Assembly: GCA_964016885.1 (NCBI GenBank)
Contig: OZ024742.1
Coordinates: 25,358,001-25,422,000 of the forward strand
Direction of reading: 5' to 3'
Source of the DNA: Eledone cirrhosa
Taxonomy: Eukaryota
DNA length: 64,000 bases
The notes below the pieces were generated by a model. It did no database searches, had not been told where the DNA came from, and was given only the letters and a program-made list of their open reading frames with translations. A program made the position numbers and the translations under genes. This document shows positions 44,958-57,447 of this stretch, piece after piece (position 1 is the stretch's first letter; each line of letters opens with the position of its first letter).

Positions 44958-47900
44958 TCATCATCATCATCATCATCATCATCGTTTAACGTCCGTGTTC
45001 CATGCTTGCATGGGTTTGGACGGGAGTTTTCCCACTTGAAGCAAGAGTGGTTGTCTTGCTCGCATAGGACTGTCTGGCGGGTTTTCTACAGTTGGATGCC
45101 CTTCCTAACACCAACCACATTTACAGTGTGGGGCTGGGAGGTTTTTACCGTGTTGCCTACACGGCCACATTACAGCGTGGACTGTCTGGCAGGTTTTCTA
45201 CAGCTGGATGCCCTTCCTAACACCAACCACATTTACAGTGTGGGACTGGATCGTTTTTACCGTGTTGCCTACACGGTCACAATACAGCGTGGACTGTGTG
45301 TTTTTTTTTTCGTGACACCTACACGATATCATTTGTTTCGGCCTGGATTTTGTGGCACCAACATAACTTTACATTGAAAGGGGCGGTGTGGATGGGGTGG
45401 GGGTGGTGGGACGGGGGTGTATTTTGTTAGAGATGCCTACTGACTGTAGTAGGTTTTAATTTGTATTTAGGTAACGCGGGTCTTCTCTGTTACTGAGTAC
45501 CGCCAAAGGTCTCGGTCCAGTGACATTGTCTTGGAGAGGTGTAAGTGTGTGAGGTCGGAATTTATCAGCTCGTCCCAGGTTTTTCTGGGTCTGCCTACTC
45601 CGTGGCTACCATCTATCTTTATTGCTCTGCACTTTGTTATACAGCTGTCGTCTTTCATGCGCATCACGTGACCATACCAACGTAGCCTTCTCTCGAGTAA
45701 ACAACATCTGATCCCTCTTATTTCTAATTTTTTCCTTAGTTCGTTTATGCTTTGCCGTTCGCGTATATTACTATTACACATCCAGCGGAGCATGCAAGCT
45801 TCGTTCCTCTCTAGTCTGCGTATATCCTCTGCACACAATGCCCAGGTCTCACTGCCATGCAACATTGCTGTTCATATGCAGGCATCATACAACCTGCCTT
45901 TCACTTTTAGGGAGAACCCTTTAGCGGCTAATAGTGGTATAAGCTCTCTGAACTTTTTCCATCCAGTTCTGACTCTAGCTACTGTACTTTCGGAGCACCC
46001 TCCCCCACTGCTGATTTTGTCACCCAGGTAACGGAAGCTGTCCACTATTTCTATAGAACCCTCTGCGCAGTTGAAAGAGCTAGTATTCTGTGGGCACTTC
46101 CTGCTACTTATTGCACCAGAGCACCGGCCACATGTAAAATCTGTGTTCTTAGTTAGCTTACCTGTGATCCCACTACATCTTTTATGCACCCATACTTTGC
46201 ATTTGGGACATAAAATGGAGTTTCTACCTACCCCTTTCCTACACACTGAGCATGGCCATTTCCCGGAAGGGACCGGCGCCTTATTTTCTTTCCTACAAAC
46301 TAGAACTTTAGTCTTAGCCATGTTAATTTTAAGGCCTTTTGATTCTAGGCCGTGCTTCCATGTTTGGAATTTCTTCTCTAGCTCGGCCATTGATTCAGCT
46401 ATGAGCGTTAGGTCATCTGCGTATAGGAGTTCCCATGGGCAGCCGGTCTTGAACTCCAGTGTTATAGCCTGAAGAGCAATAATGAATAGTAGGGGGCTAA
46501 GAACAGAGCCCTGATGGACACCAACTTTTACGCTAAACTCTTCACTATATTCGTTGTTAATTCTAACCTTGCTCACTGTTTCTTTATACATGGCTTGTAT
46601 AGCTCTCACAAGCCATTCGTCAACACCTAGTTTTCTAAGAGCCCACCAGATAATGGAACGGGGGACTCTGTCGAAGGCTTTCTCCAAGTCGACAAAGGCT
46701 AAGTATAGGGGTTTACTTTTAGCTAGGTACTTCTCCTGTAGTTGTCGTACAATGAAAAGAGCGTCTGTGGTACTTTTGCCTGACACAAACCCGAACTGCA
46801 TTTCATCTAGATCGATTCTCTCTCTGATTAGTTGCACTATTACTTTTTCCGTGACCTTCATGACCTGGTCGATTAATTTAATCCCTCTATAGTTACTCCT
46901 ATCTAGGGCGTCTCCTTTACCCTTGTAACAGTTAATGATGATGCTGCTACGCCAGTCCTTCGGAACAACCCCATTCTGTATGACTTGGTTTACTATCCGG
47001 GTGACCATGGTGTGTCCCACCGTTCCAGAGGCCTTCAGCATCTCAGCGACTATTTCCGAAGGCCCAGCCGCCTTACCCGTCTTCATATCTTTGATCGCCT
47101 TACTTATTATACTACCTTCAACTAACACTGCTGGTCCCTCTATTGGATCGATCTGGGGGAGACTATCCTTCTCCCATTTATTCTCCTCATTTAGTAGCCT
47201 CTCGTAGTGACACATCCAAGCGACCTTCTTATCAGCGTCAGTGATGGCGAGTACGCCATGATCATTTAGTACACACTTCTCCCCAACAATATCACGGTTT
47301 TCCTTGACACATTGCCTAGCAATCCTGAACACCTCACGTTTTTGGTCCTCGCGTTGTAGAACATGCTTGAACTTTCTTTCCTCTGCTTCCCTTCTTGCAA
47401 AGTACACTTGTCTCCTAGCTTCCCTCCTGGCCACTTGATAATCGACTCCTCCACCTTACTGTTCCACCACCATGTTACTCTCCTCCTGCCTATAGGCCGG
47501 CTCCGGCCACAGACTTCGTCTGCCGCCATCAGCAGGTTTGCTTTCAGGAATTCCCACTGTCCCTCTATATTGTCCGACTCTAAATGCTCTTCCTTACTGT
47601 CGAAAGCGTCAAGTAATATGCTTTGAAATTTATTTCTGGCTGTGGGGTCCTTTAGCTTCCATATTTTTCTCCTGAGGATAGTCCTCTTCTGCTGTCGAGT
47701 ACGTCTCGTCCTGACTATGAGGTCGCTAATTATCAGTCTATGTTGGGAGGTGCATTCTTCATGGGGGAGGGATTTAGTGTTTACAACAGTCACTCTGTCA
47801 CGTCTTCTGGTAAGGATATAATCTACCTGGCTGGTATGTTCCCCTGATCTGTAGGTGATCAAGTGATTGTCTCGTTTTTTGAAGTTAGTGTTACAGATTG

Positions 47901-48620
47901 TTAGGTTATTTGCGTCACAGAATTCCAGGATTCTGGAGCCTTCCTCATTTCTAGTACCAAACCCATAGCCTCCATGGATTTCATCATAGCCGTCACAATG
48001 TTGTCCAACGTGACCATTTAGGTCGCCAGCAATAATTATATAGTCACTGTCGGTTATTTGGGAGGTAGCGAGCATCAGTGTCTCATAGAAAGTGTCTTTT
48101 ATAGTGCCAGGCAGTCCGGATTGGGGCGCGTACGCAGATATTATCGTCACAGTAGTTCTATTTAGAACAAGTCTTAATTTAATTATTCTTTCATTTACTC
48201 TATTTACATCTATTATCTTATCCACCCATTTTTCTGCTAACATGATTCCTACCCCACCCAGCCCATTGTCATTTCCCACCCAGAAAAGCTTATAGCATCG
48301 TTTTTTACCCACAATGAATCTAGCAGACCCGCCCCTCCACCTGGATGCAGCAGACATCAACCTCCTTACGTTCAAGCATTTCTACAACCTCGTTTGAGCG
48401 GCCTTTTAAGGTCCCTACATTCATGGTACCAACTCTGAAGTTTTGGATTGCGTTTGGTGGGTTGGGTGCAGGGACGGGTGTGGTTGATGGGGTTGGGGTT
48501 ATGTTGGCCATCCGCGGTCGCAACAAAGAGGGTGGGGCTTTGCCCTTTCGTCCGGCAGCATGAGGTGAATTTGTCGTTATCTTTTGCATTGTCTTCGGGT
48601 GTCCAGATTCTTCTAATCTA
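44958..48620 (-). mobile_element. Near-full-length RTE-clade non-LTR retrotransposon (copy 1), disabled
   Basis: APE endonuclease motifs (GTMNVGTL, ISAYAPQ, GDLNGHVG, QVDYIL, SQHRL), RT motifs (QFGF, FVDLEKAFDRV, GVHQGSVLSPLLF, YADD), PHD-like Cys/His finger, RLRWYGHVMR C-terminus, 3' UTR and (ATG)n tail. The 5' boundary is approximate. Confidence 0.97.
45467..48589 (-). pseudogene. RTE endonuclease-reverse transcriptase ORF broken into four pieces
   Basis: Frameshift near 48340 (CCIQ/RWRGG), a frameshifting deletion near 47435 relative to copy 3, and TGA at 45872-45874 where copy 3 has CGA. Confidence 0.93.
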
Positions 48621-48819
48621 AAACAAAATCTAAGAATGCTTAATAACTAATATTAACTCCACAGCTGGAAGAAACTTTGCACAATGTGTGTGTGTATGTA
48701 TAACTTTTCAATTCTAATTACTTGCACCAAGCTGACTGTGTATTCTAATGTTTTGTGTATGAGGACCCTGCCAAACCTGAAGTGCCCCAAGCTCCCAAGG
48801 TCTAAATCCAACACTGGTT

Positions 48820-48995
48820 GTAATTGGCTGAGCATTCCACAGACATGTGTGCCCTTAATGTAATTCTCACCTCAGATTTGCTACAACTCAGCTTTGCCAG
48901 TTAACTGTATTGGAACAATTATACAATATGTTGCCAGGAATCAAACCCACTATCATGCCATCATTAGCTAAACAACCTACATACCAAGTCGTGCA
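48820..48995 (-). mobile_element. Degraded SINE (family B) fragments
   Basis: TGGCTGAGCATTCCACAGACATGTGTGCCCTTAA is the reverse complement of the family B body. Confidence 0.55.
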
Positions 48996-49027
48996 CCTTT
49001 ATTGTATCAAAAACTAACACATAATGA

Positions 49028-49290
49028 ATCATCATCATCATCATCATCATCATTTTACGTCCGCTTTTCCCTGCTTGCAAGGGTGGGACAGGTCCTATTC
49101 AGCACATCATTTCTCCACTTGTCATGGTCCTTTTTCATCTCCTCCGTGAGCTTCAGCAATCTGAGGTCTGCTCTCAGCACCTCCACCCATGTTTTGCGTG
49201 GTCTTCCTCTACTGCTTCTTCCTTCTACTGGCATTTCTTGGCACTTCTTTACCCAGTGGTCATCCTCCATGTGCACCACATGTCCATGAA
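49028..49290 (-). mobile_element. 3' fragment of a third RTE family (ORF runs to the tail, no long 3' UTR)
   Basis: GHVVHMEDDHWVKKC..VEG.SSRGRPRKTW.EV...DL...WR..TCPTLASREKRT* immediately followed by (ATG)n. Confidence 0.9.
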
Positions 49291-49559
49291 TAATTGTGGT
49301 TGATAGTGTATTATATGTCAGAGAGATCTTATCTCATAATGTGAACTATGTTAAAGATAGGTGGCTTATAATATTAAGTTTTTATTGTATCAAAGCCAAT
49401 ATATTGTCCTTTTATTGCCCCCAATCTGACATGTGGAAAGCTCACAGGTTTATTTGGAATGAAAATATATTTTATTGTTAACAAATGCAGTATTTGTATC
49501 CTAGCAGGCACATAGGGTGTTTCTTGCCTGAATTGACATGTCAATTGCTCACAGGTTTG

Positions 49560-49810
49560 TTAGGAAAGAGTATTCAGCCATAGAAAACTTGCCAAACAAA
49601 GGTTTGGGAGGACTCTTCAGTTATGTCAAAGATATGATAACCTCTCCTATGCACTTAGTAGAACCTGAGAATATATAAGTGCAATGCAGATCCCTGACCT
49701 GCCTGGGAAATATATAGCCCTGCTTCGTTACTGGTTTGGTCTATGTAGACCTGTTCAACCCTTGCTAGCAAGAAAGATAGATGTTAAAACAATGATGATG
49801 ATGATGATGT
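49560..49810 (+). mobile_element. Old RTE-type 3' end with (ATG)n tail
   Basis: Decayed AGGAA..G.ATTCAGCC.TAGAAAAC motif, CCCTTGCTAGCAAG stem and ATGATGATG tail. Confidence 0.65.
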
Positions 49811-49949
49811 TAAAAAATGCTGTATTAATATCGTAGCTGGTATGTAGGCTCTTTCTTGCCTGTTCTGACATGTGACATATTCACAAATCCATACAGGTTT
49901 TAAAGATGATGATGAAACACTATCTCATCTAATTATTAGGATTTGAGAA

Positions 49950-50150
49950 GTAGGTTCTCCTGATTTGAGTGACAAGCATCCTCCAATAAATACAATCCAC
50001 TGCTGGTCTTTTACATCCATTCCAGGAAATGTTGATGACTGAAAGATCAACTTGAGATGTATACTTTAGTCTGCCTCTTTTCCCTTTGCCTGCAAGAGGA
50101 GTCCATGTCATCACTTATTTTGAGTGCCTCTGATCGGTTCTGGCTATTTA
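49950..50150 (-). mobile_element. Old LINE (RTE-like) C-terminal fragment
   Basis: MTWTPLAGKGKRGRLK...DL..INISW...AVDCIYWRMLV follows the W.P.GKR.RGRP...DL...W...A.DR..WR pattern. Confidence 0.6.
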
Positions 50151-51169
50151 AACTCTTAGTTAAATTACCAGCTTTGAAAAGAAGAATACATTTTCGAATA
50201 TATGTAAAATATTTAGCAATGCTACTCAATTAATAATAGTGTCTCAGGAGAAACTTGGTTTTCATTTTCAGATTTATATTTCTATTTTATTATTTGTAAA
50301 GTTTATAGTTAATGTTGTTGTTTCGTTGGGGATGAAAAACATTGACAACCCCTCCCCCTACTATGCACATATAGACAACTACGTTAAATACATATATATT
50401 AAAACATAACCCTTGTACTGTTGGAAATAAATAAATCTTTATTAAAATATGAGAATGTTTTAACGATATTTCAATAACAAAACTCTTTATTATTTAGAAG
50501 AGGAAAACCAGCAGATTTTCTTGAAAATGTAAATGTAATGAAAAAGTAGACAAAAAAATATCCAACAACTGTCTGTCTGTCTGTCTGTCTGTCGGTCTTT
50601 CTGTCTGTCTATATATCTGTCTATTTATACCTATGTTTATATATTTATCCGTCTCTCTCTCTCTCTCCCCCACTATCTCTCTCTCCCTCTCTCTCTCATT
50701 CTCTCATCGATCTATCCATACATGTGAATAGATGCACCCCTCTTGAACACATATTTTATATCTCTAAACACACACACACACATGTGTGTGTATATATATA
50801 TACCTACATGAATTTATGTATAAGTAAATGCACACTGACACATACAGTGTGTGTATGTGTACATAACCTAGTAGCTATTAAAGGGGGTGGTGGCTAACAA
50901 AATATTTTACTCAGACTGAAAGAAAAAAAGAACAAAAAGAAAATGCAAAACAAACACACACACACAAAACACACAAAAAAAACACACACAAAAAAACACA
51001 CACACACAAAAGAACAAGAAAAAACATACATACAAGATCTTTAAGTACCAAACGTTTTTTCAAGAAATTCTTCTGACACAACTTGGTTATAATTCTATTT
51101 TCCAGACATCTTTAAAATGAATTATTTGTATCTCATCGAAAAATACACTCAGTCATAATAGAACAATAT

Positions 51170-51465
<296 letters not shown>

Positions 51466-51781
51466 TATGATGACATAATGAAAAAAATATGCACAGAAGT
51501 AAAACAAAAGGAAAAATAAGTTAATGCCATAAAAATAAAATAGTGTTTCATAAAACAGCTGGTAAAAATATATATTTTTGAAAATGAATTTGTTGATATT
51601 TTTTTCTGTGTATGATGAAAGTAAAAAAAGATTGGCATAAACGTCTCTTGTAAGAAGTTTAAGGCCTACACTCAGCCATATTTATGTTAATGTAATAAAG
51701 TGTGCGTATATATCTATATATAATGTATATATGCTACCGTGGAAGATAGACATTAATCGACTCTGATGATGATGATGATGA

Positions 51782-51826
<45 letters not shown>

Positions 51827-51882
51827 TATATATATATATATATATATATAAGGAAGCTATATATAGATATATATATATATAT

Positions 51883-54351
51883 AGGGAAGCTAGGAGACAA
51901 GTGTACTTCGCAAGAAGGGAAGCAGAGGAAAGAAAATTCAAGCATGTTCTACAACGCGAGGACCAAAAACGTGAGGTGTTCAGGATTGCTAGGCAATGTG
52001 TGAAGGAAAACAGTGATATTGTCGGGCAGAAGTGTGTCCTTAATGATGATGGTGTACTTGCCATCACTGATGCTGATAAGAAGGAAGCTTGGATGTGTCA
52101 CTACGAAAGGCTACTAAATGAGGAGAATAATAGGGAGAAAGACAGTCTCCCCCACATCGATCCAATAGAGGGACCAGCAATGCAAGTTGAAGATAGTATA
52201 ATAAGTTAGGCGATCAAAGACATGAAGACGAGCAAGGTGGCCGGGCCTTCGAAAATAGTTGCCGAAATCCTGAAAGCATCTGGAACGGTAGGACGCACTA
52301 TGCTCACCCGGATCGTAAACCAAGTCATACAGAATGGGGTCGTTCCGAAGGACTGGTGCAGCATCATCATCATTAACTGCTACAAGGGTAAAGGTGATGC
52401 CCTAGATAGGGGAAACTATAGAGGCATTAAATTAATTGACCTGGTCATGAAGGTCACAGAAAAAGTAATAGCGCAACTAATCAGAGAGCGAATTGATCTA
52501 GACAAAATGCAGTTCGGGTTTGTGTAAGGTAAAAGTACAACAGACTCTCTTTTTATTGTATGGCAACTACAGGAGAAGTACCTAGCTAAAAGTAAACCCC
52601 TATACATAGCTTTTGTTGACTTGGAGAAAGCCTTTGACAGAGTATCCCGCTCGATTATCTGCTGGGCCCTTAGAAAACTAGGTGTTGATGAATGGCTTGT
52701 GAGAGCTATACAAGCCATGTATAAAGAAACAGTCAGCAAGGTTAGAATTAACAACGAATATAGTGAAGAGTTTAGCGTAAAAGTTGGTGTTCATCAGGGT
52801 TCTGTCCTTAGCCCCCTACTATTTATTATTGCCCTTCAGGCTATAACAGAGAAGTTCAAGACCGGCTGCCCATGGGAACTCCTATATGCAGATGATCTAA
52901 CACTCATAGCTGAATCAATGGCTGAACTAGAGAAGAAATTCCAAACATGGAAGCATGGCTTAGAATCAAAAGGCCTTAAAGTTAACTTGTCTAAGACTAA
53001 AATTCTAGTTTGTGGGAAGGAAAATAGTGCATGCTCAGTGTGTAGGAAAGGAGTAGGCAGAAACTCCATTTTATGTCCCAAATGCAAAGAATGGTTACAT
53101 AAAAGATGTAGTGGGATCACAGGTAAGCTAACTAAGAATACAGATTTTATATGTGGCCGGTGCTCTGGTGCAATAAGTAACAGCAAGTGCTCACAGAATA
53201 CTAACTCATTCCATTGCACAGATGGTTCTATAGAAATAATGGACAGCTTCCGTTACCTGGGTGACAAAATCAGCAGTGGGGGAGGTGCTCTGAAAGTACA
53301 GTAGCTAGAGTCAGAACGGGATGGAAAAAGTTCAGAGAGCTTATACCACTATTGGCTGCTAAAGGGTTCTCTCTAAAAATGAAAGGCAGGCTGTATGATG
53401 CCTGCATATGAACAGCAATGTTACATGGCAGTGAGACCTGGGCATTGTGTGCAGAGGATATACGCAGACTGGAGAGAAACGAAGCTTGCATGCTCCGCTG
53501 GATGTGTAATAGTAATATACGTGAACGGCAAAGCATAAACGAACTAAGGGAGAAATTAGAAATAAGAGGGATCAGTTGTTGTTTACTCGAGAGAACACTA
53601 CGTTGCTATGGTCACGTGATGCGCATGAAAGACGACAGCTGTATAAAAAAGTGCAGGCCCATAAAAATAGACGGTAGTCACGGAGTAGGCAGACCCAGAA
53701 AAACCTGGGACGACTTGATAAATTCCGACCTCACACACTTACACCTCTCCAAGACAATGTCACTGGACTGAGAGCTTTGGCGCTACACAGTTATACAGAA
53801 GACCCGCCTTACCTAAGTACAAAGTGAAATCTACTACAGTCAGTAGGCACCTCTAACAAAAATACACCCCCGTCCCACTACCCCCACCCCATCCACACCA
53901 CCCCCTTAAATGTGAAGTTATGTTGGTACCACAACATCCAGTCAGAAACATATGAGGTCATGTAGGTGTCACGAAAAAAAAAAAACACACAGTCCACGCT
54001 GTAATGTGGCCGTGTAGGTAACACGGTAAAAACCTCCCAGTACACACTGTAAATGTGGTTGGTGTTGGGAAGGGCATCCAGCCGTAGAAACCTGCCAGAC
54101 GTGTAGGTGTCACGACAAAAAAACATAGTCCACACTGTAATGTGGCCATGTAGGTAACACGGTAAAAACCTCCCAGTCCACACTGTAAACGTGGTTGGTG
54201 TTAGGAAGGGCATTCAGCTGTAGAAAACCTGCCAGACAGTCCTATACGAACAGGACAACCAATCTTGCCTCAGGTGGGAAAACTCCCATCCAAACCCATG
54301 CGTGTGTGGAAGATGGACGTTAAACGATGATGATGATGATGATGATGATGA
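51883..54351 (+). mobile_element. 5'-truncated RTE LINE (copy 2), same subfamily as copy 1, with multiple stops/frameshifts
   Basis: Peptides closely match copy 1 (REARRQVYFARREAEERKFKHVLQ..., YADD). Stops at 52207, 52525 and 53409, a frameshift near 53285 and an in-frame deletion before the finger. 3' UTR and (ATG)n tail; flanked by (TA)n on both sides. Confidence 0.97.
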
Positions 54352-54364
54352 TATATATATATAC

Positions 54365-54698
54365 CACATGGCTTAGTGGTTAGAGCATTGGCCTTCAATC
54401 GAAAGGTTGTGAGTTCAATTCTCAGACCGGGTGATGTGTTGTTTCCTTGAGCAAGACACTTTATTTCACATTGCTCCAGTTTACTCAGCTGTAGAAATGA
54501 GATGATAGGGACTGGGTTCCCTATCATTCCACTGCAAAGTGGACGTGTAAGCGCCACGGCAAAAAAGCACCCAGCACTCACTGTAAATGAGGTTGGTGTT
54601 AGGAAGGGCATCCAGCTGGAGAAATCAAGCCAAAATCAGTTCCCGTCCCACCCTTGCAAGCAGGGAAAGGCGGACGTAAAATGAATGAAATGAATGAA
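54365..54698 (+). mobile_element. tRNA-derived SINE with RTE-derived 3' end
   Basis: A box TGGCTTAGTGG (54369), B box GAGTTCAATTC (54411), core TCCTTGAGCAAGACACTT. From about 54530 it matches the RTE copy 3 UTR, and its terminus matches the 49028 family; ATGA-type tail. Confidence 0.85.
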
Positions 54699-55170
54699 AA
54701 TATATACATTATATATATATATACATTCATAATGATGATGATGATGATGATGATATATATATATACATTATATATATATATAAATATATATAGATATAAT
54801 GTATATGTGTATGTATATATTTATATATATGTGTTTGTATATGTATTTATCAAAATTATCCGACAATTTTATAGTTAATATATGAATTGTGACAGCTTTT
54901 AACAATAACAGCAAATAAGTTTAAATATATATGTGTGTGTGTATATCTGTCTCTATGTCTAGGTATATGCATGAGTGTGTATGTGCATGTGTATGCATTT
55001 ATCTATACAATTAATTACTGTTGCTTATTTATTTTACTCCATTCACATGAAATGATAAGACAACATGTATGGTTAATATTTAAATCAGCTGCCTGAAGCA
55101 TCATTAAGTAGATAAAAGACTAAGGTTTCCATTGCAGTGTAATAATAGTTTTATTATATAACACTGCAGA

Positions 55171-55390
55171 GAGTGGTGGATTGACAGAATTGCTAGAGCA
55201 TCGGACAAAATGCTTTGCAGCATTTAGTTATGGCCCTTTATATTCTGAGTCCAAATTTTGCCGAGGTTGGCTTCACTATTTATTCTTATTGGGTCGATAA
55301 AATGGAATACTGGTAACACACTTGAGCCAATTTAATCCATTTTCCCCTTCCTTTCAAATTGCTGGCCTTGTGCCAAAAGGTAGAAACAAT
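55171..55390 (+). mobile_element. SINE family A, degraded full-length copy
   Basis: Colinear with the 43373 copy (GTGGATTGACAG...TTCTGAGTCCAAAT...GGGTCGATAAAAT...AATTGCTGGCCTTGTGCC). Confidence 0.8.
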
Positions 55391-56004
55391 TCTATAAATC
55401 TGAGCAGTCCTCTACATGATAACTCAAACTACTAGAAATAACAAGCATATTCTCTCGGATTGCTCCCAGCTGTCTTTAAAATGTGATTCTTCTTCTTGTG
55501 TATGAGACTGTTGCTAACTTGGGTTTTGTCATTCACCTGATCATGATTATAGATCAGTGATCAGTTTCCAGGGCCTATCACAAAGAAGTCGACATATGGG
55601 GCCACTTGGTTAGAGCTTCTTATTGCATAAGGGATTGCTGCCATCCCAGGTTCTTGTCTTTCATCTGAGCAAGATTAGAGATCAGTTGTTACTTTCCTGG
55701 GTCTAGCACAAGGAGGTAGTCATCTTGGGCTCCAAACTGTGATCAGAATAGACATCTGTCAATTTCAACATTAAGCATTCCAGCTATTCAACCAGCTGAA
55801 CAGCCTGGATATTAAAGTAATGAGCAAGTGGCTCAGTATTCTAGAGAAATGTGCACTCTTAATGTAATTCATAGGGAGATTCAGCATGACATGGCTGGCT
55901 ATTTGAATTACAAATACAATACATGTGACAGGGTTCCAAACAGCTTTCATCTACCTAGTTTCATGTTAGAGTTTCTGACAAAATCTTTTGTCAATTTTAG
56001 ATAC

Positions 56005-56160
56005 AGCCCTTCATATTCTGAGTTCAAATTCAGCTAAGCTCAGCTTTGCCTTTCATCCTTTCTGGCAGTGATGAATAAAGTGCCAGTAATGTACTGGGGT
56101 CGATTTAATGACTTTCCTCTCTCACAAAATTACTTGCCTTGTTCCTATGTTAGAAACAGT
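56005..56160 (+). mobile_element. SINE family A, 5'-truncated copy
   Basis: TTCTGAGTTCAAATTC..CTTTGCCTTTCATCCTTT..GTACTGGGGTCGATTTAAT. Confidence 0.75.
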
Positions 56161-56715
56161 TATGTTTATTTGTGTTGGGACAACTGTATGTATTTGAAAT
56201 TTCAAAATGTCACAAGGTTTCTTAAGCCAGCCTGTTGTTTACAAATCAAAATGTTTAACATAAAATTGAATGCAGGAGAAATACTGTCATGAGATACAAC
56301 ATATTTCTGAAGCTTCATATTTAGCCCTACTGACCTCAATTTTGTCCCAAATTTCAATACATTAATTTTAGTCTATTTTCTTTCTTGGTATTTTGCTTTC
56401 CTCTGAGAGTAGTTTATTTTTTGTTAAAGAATTTGGTAATACAAAGAAAGAAGAGACTCAATAAAGAAACTATTGGAGTAACACAGTAGAGAAAGAAATA
56501 GGAAAAAATACTAACTAATAAGAGGACACAGTATTTTATGAAATTGTCTAAAAGTGAAGACAAAATAATCTTCACATTGCTTTTGGCAACATCCAACTAC
56601 AATACACTTAATTCTTTCTCCGGAGTGAATATGTGGTGACTATTAACTAGAGATAATTGTCTGTTAGAATTGGAAGAGAATTCTCTTTATTATCAAAGAA
56701 CATATTTGAAGAGAG

Positions 56716-56777
<62 letters not shown>

Positions 56778-57017
56778 TCAACATCCTCATGCATATATAT
56801 ATATATGCATATATGTATTTATGTTATATGCATATTATATATGTACATGCATGCATAAGTGCATAAATATATGTGTGTGTGAGTCTGACCTATATGTATA
56901 TATCTATATACATATATTTGTATGTGCATGTATAATATATACCAGTAAATAAAAAAAATATGTCAATGTGTGAATAAAATATATCTTGCTTTGTTTATAA
57001 ATGAAAGCATACACATA

Positions 57018-57092
<75 letters not shown>

Positions 57093-57268
57093 ATACATAT
57101 ATATATACACTATTTTCTTTATTCCTTCCTCCTCTCACTCCATCTTTCTATTTCATCTGTTGTATCTCATTCTGATCGACTAATGTTCAAAACATTGGCC
57201 CTTTTCCTACGATATTAAGCATTCAACTAATATATTCCCTATTATGTGCATGTGTGTGTATAAAAATA

Positions 57269-57334
<66 letters not shown>

Positions 57335-57369
57335 TATAGAAGTGGTTACACAACAGTTAGTTCACCATA

Positions 57370-57409
57370 CCGAGAACAATTGTTTCACCTTCGCGGATCT
57401 TCAGCTCGG
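57370..57409 (-). ncRNA. Minimal type I hammerhead ribozyme motif
   Basis: CCGAG-CUGAAGA-UCCGCGAAGGU-GAAA-CAAUUG-UU-CUCGG: 5-bp stem I (CCGAG/CUCGG), core CUGANGA and GAAA, palindromic stem III (ACAAUUGU), NUH triplet GUU. Confidence 0.7.
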
Positions 57410-57447
57410 GAGCTGAAGATCCGCGAAGGTGAAACAATTGTTCTCGA
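57408..57447 (+). ncRNA. Mirror-image minimal hammerhead motif with weakened stem I
   Basis: GGGAG-CUGAAGA-UCCGCGAAGGU-GAAA-CAAUUG-UU-CUCGA; stem I is only GAG/CUC. Confidence 0.55.

Noticed and set aside
45747-48563. Plus-strand ORFs over RTE copy 1 (and equivalent antisense ORFs over copies 2 and 3)
   Set aside because: Antisense shadows of the RT/endonuclease frame, with no independent motifs.
44944-48640. Target-site duplication for RTE copy 1 (CAAATTAAGAAGGT vs CAAAATCTAAGAATGCT)
   Set aside because: Only an imperfect AT-rich match; not sufficient to fix the 5' end.
54365-54430. Functional tRNA gene
   Set aside because: A/B boxes are present, but there is no convincing cloverleaf and it continues into a SINE core and tail.
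56605-56635. HIHSGEK (minus strand) resembling a C2H2 zinc-finger linker
   Set aside because: No flanking Cys/His finger pattern, and a stop follows shortly.
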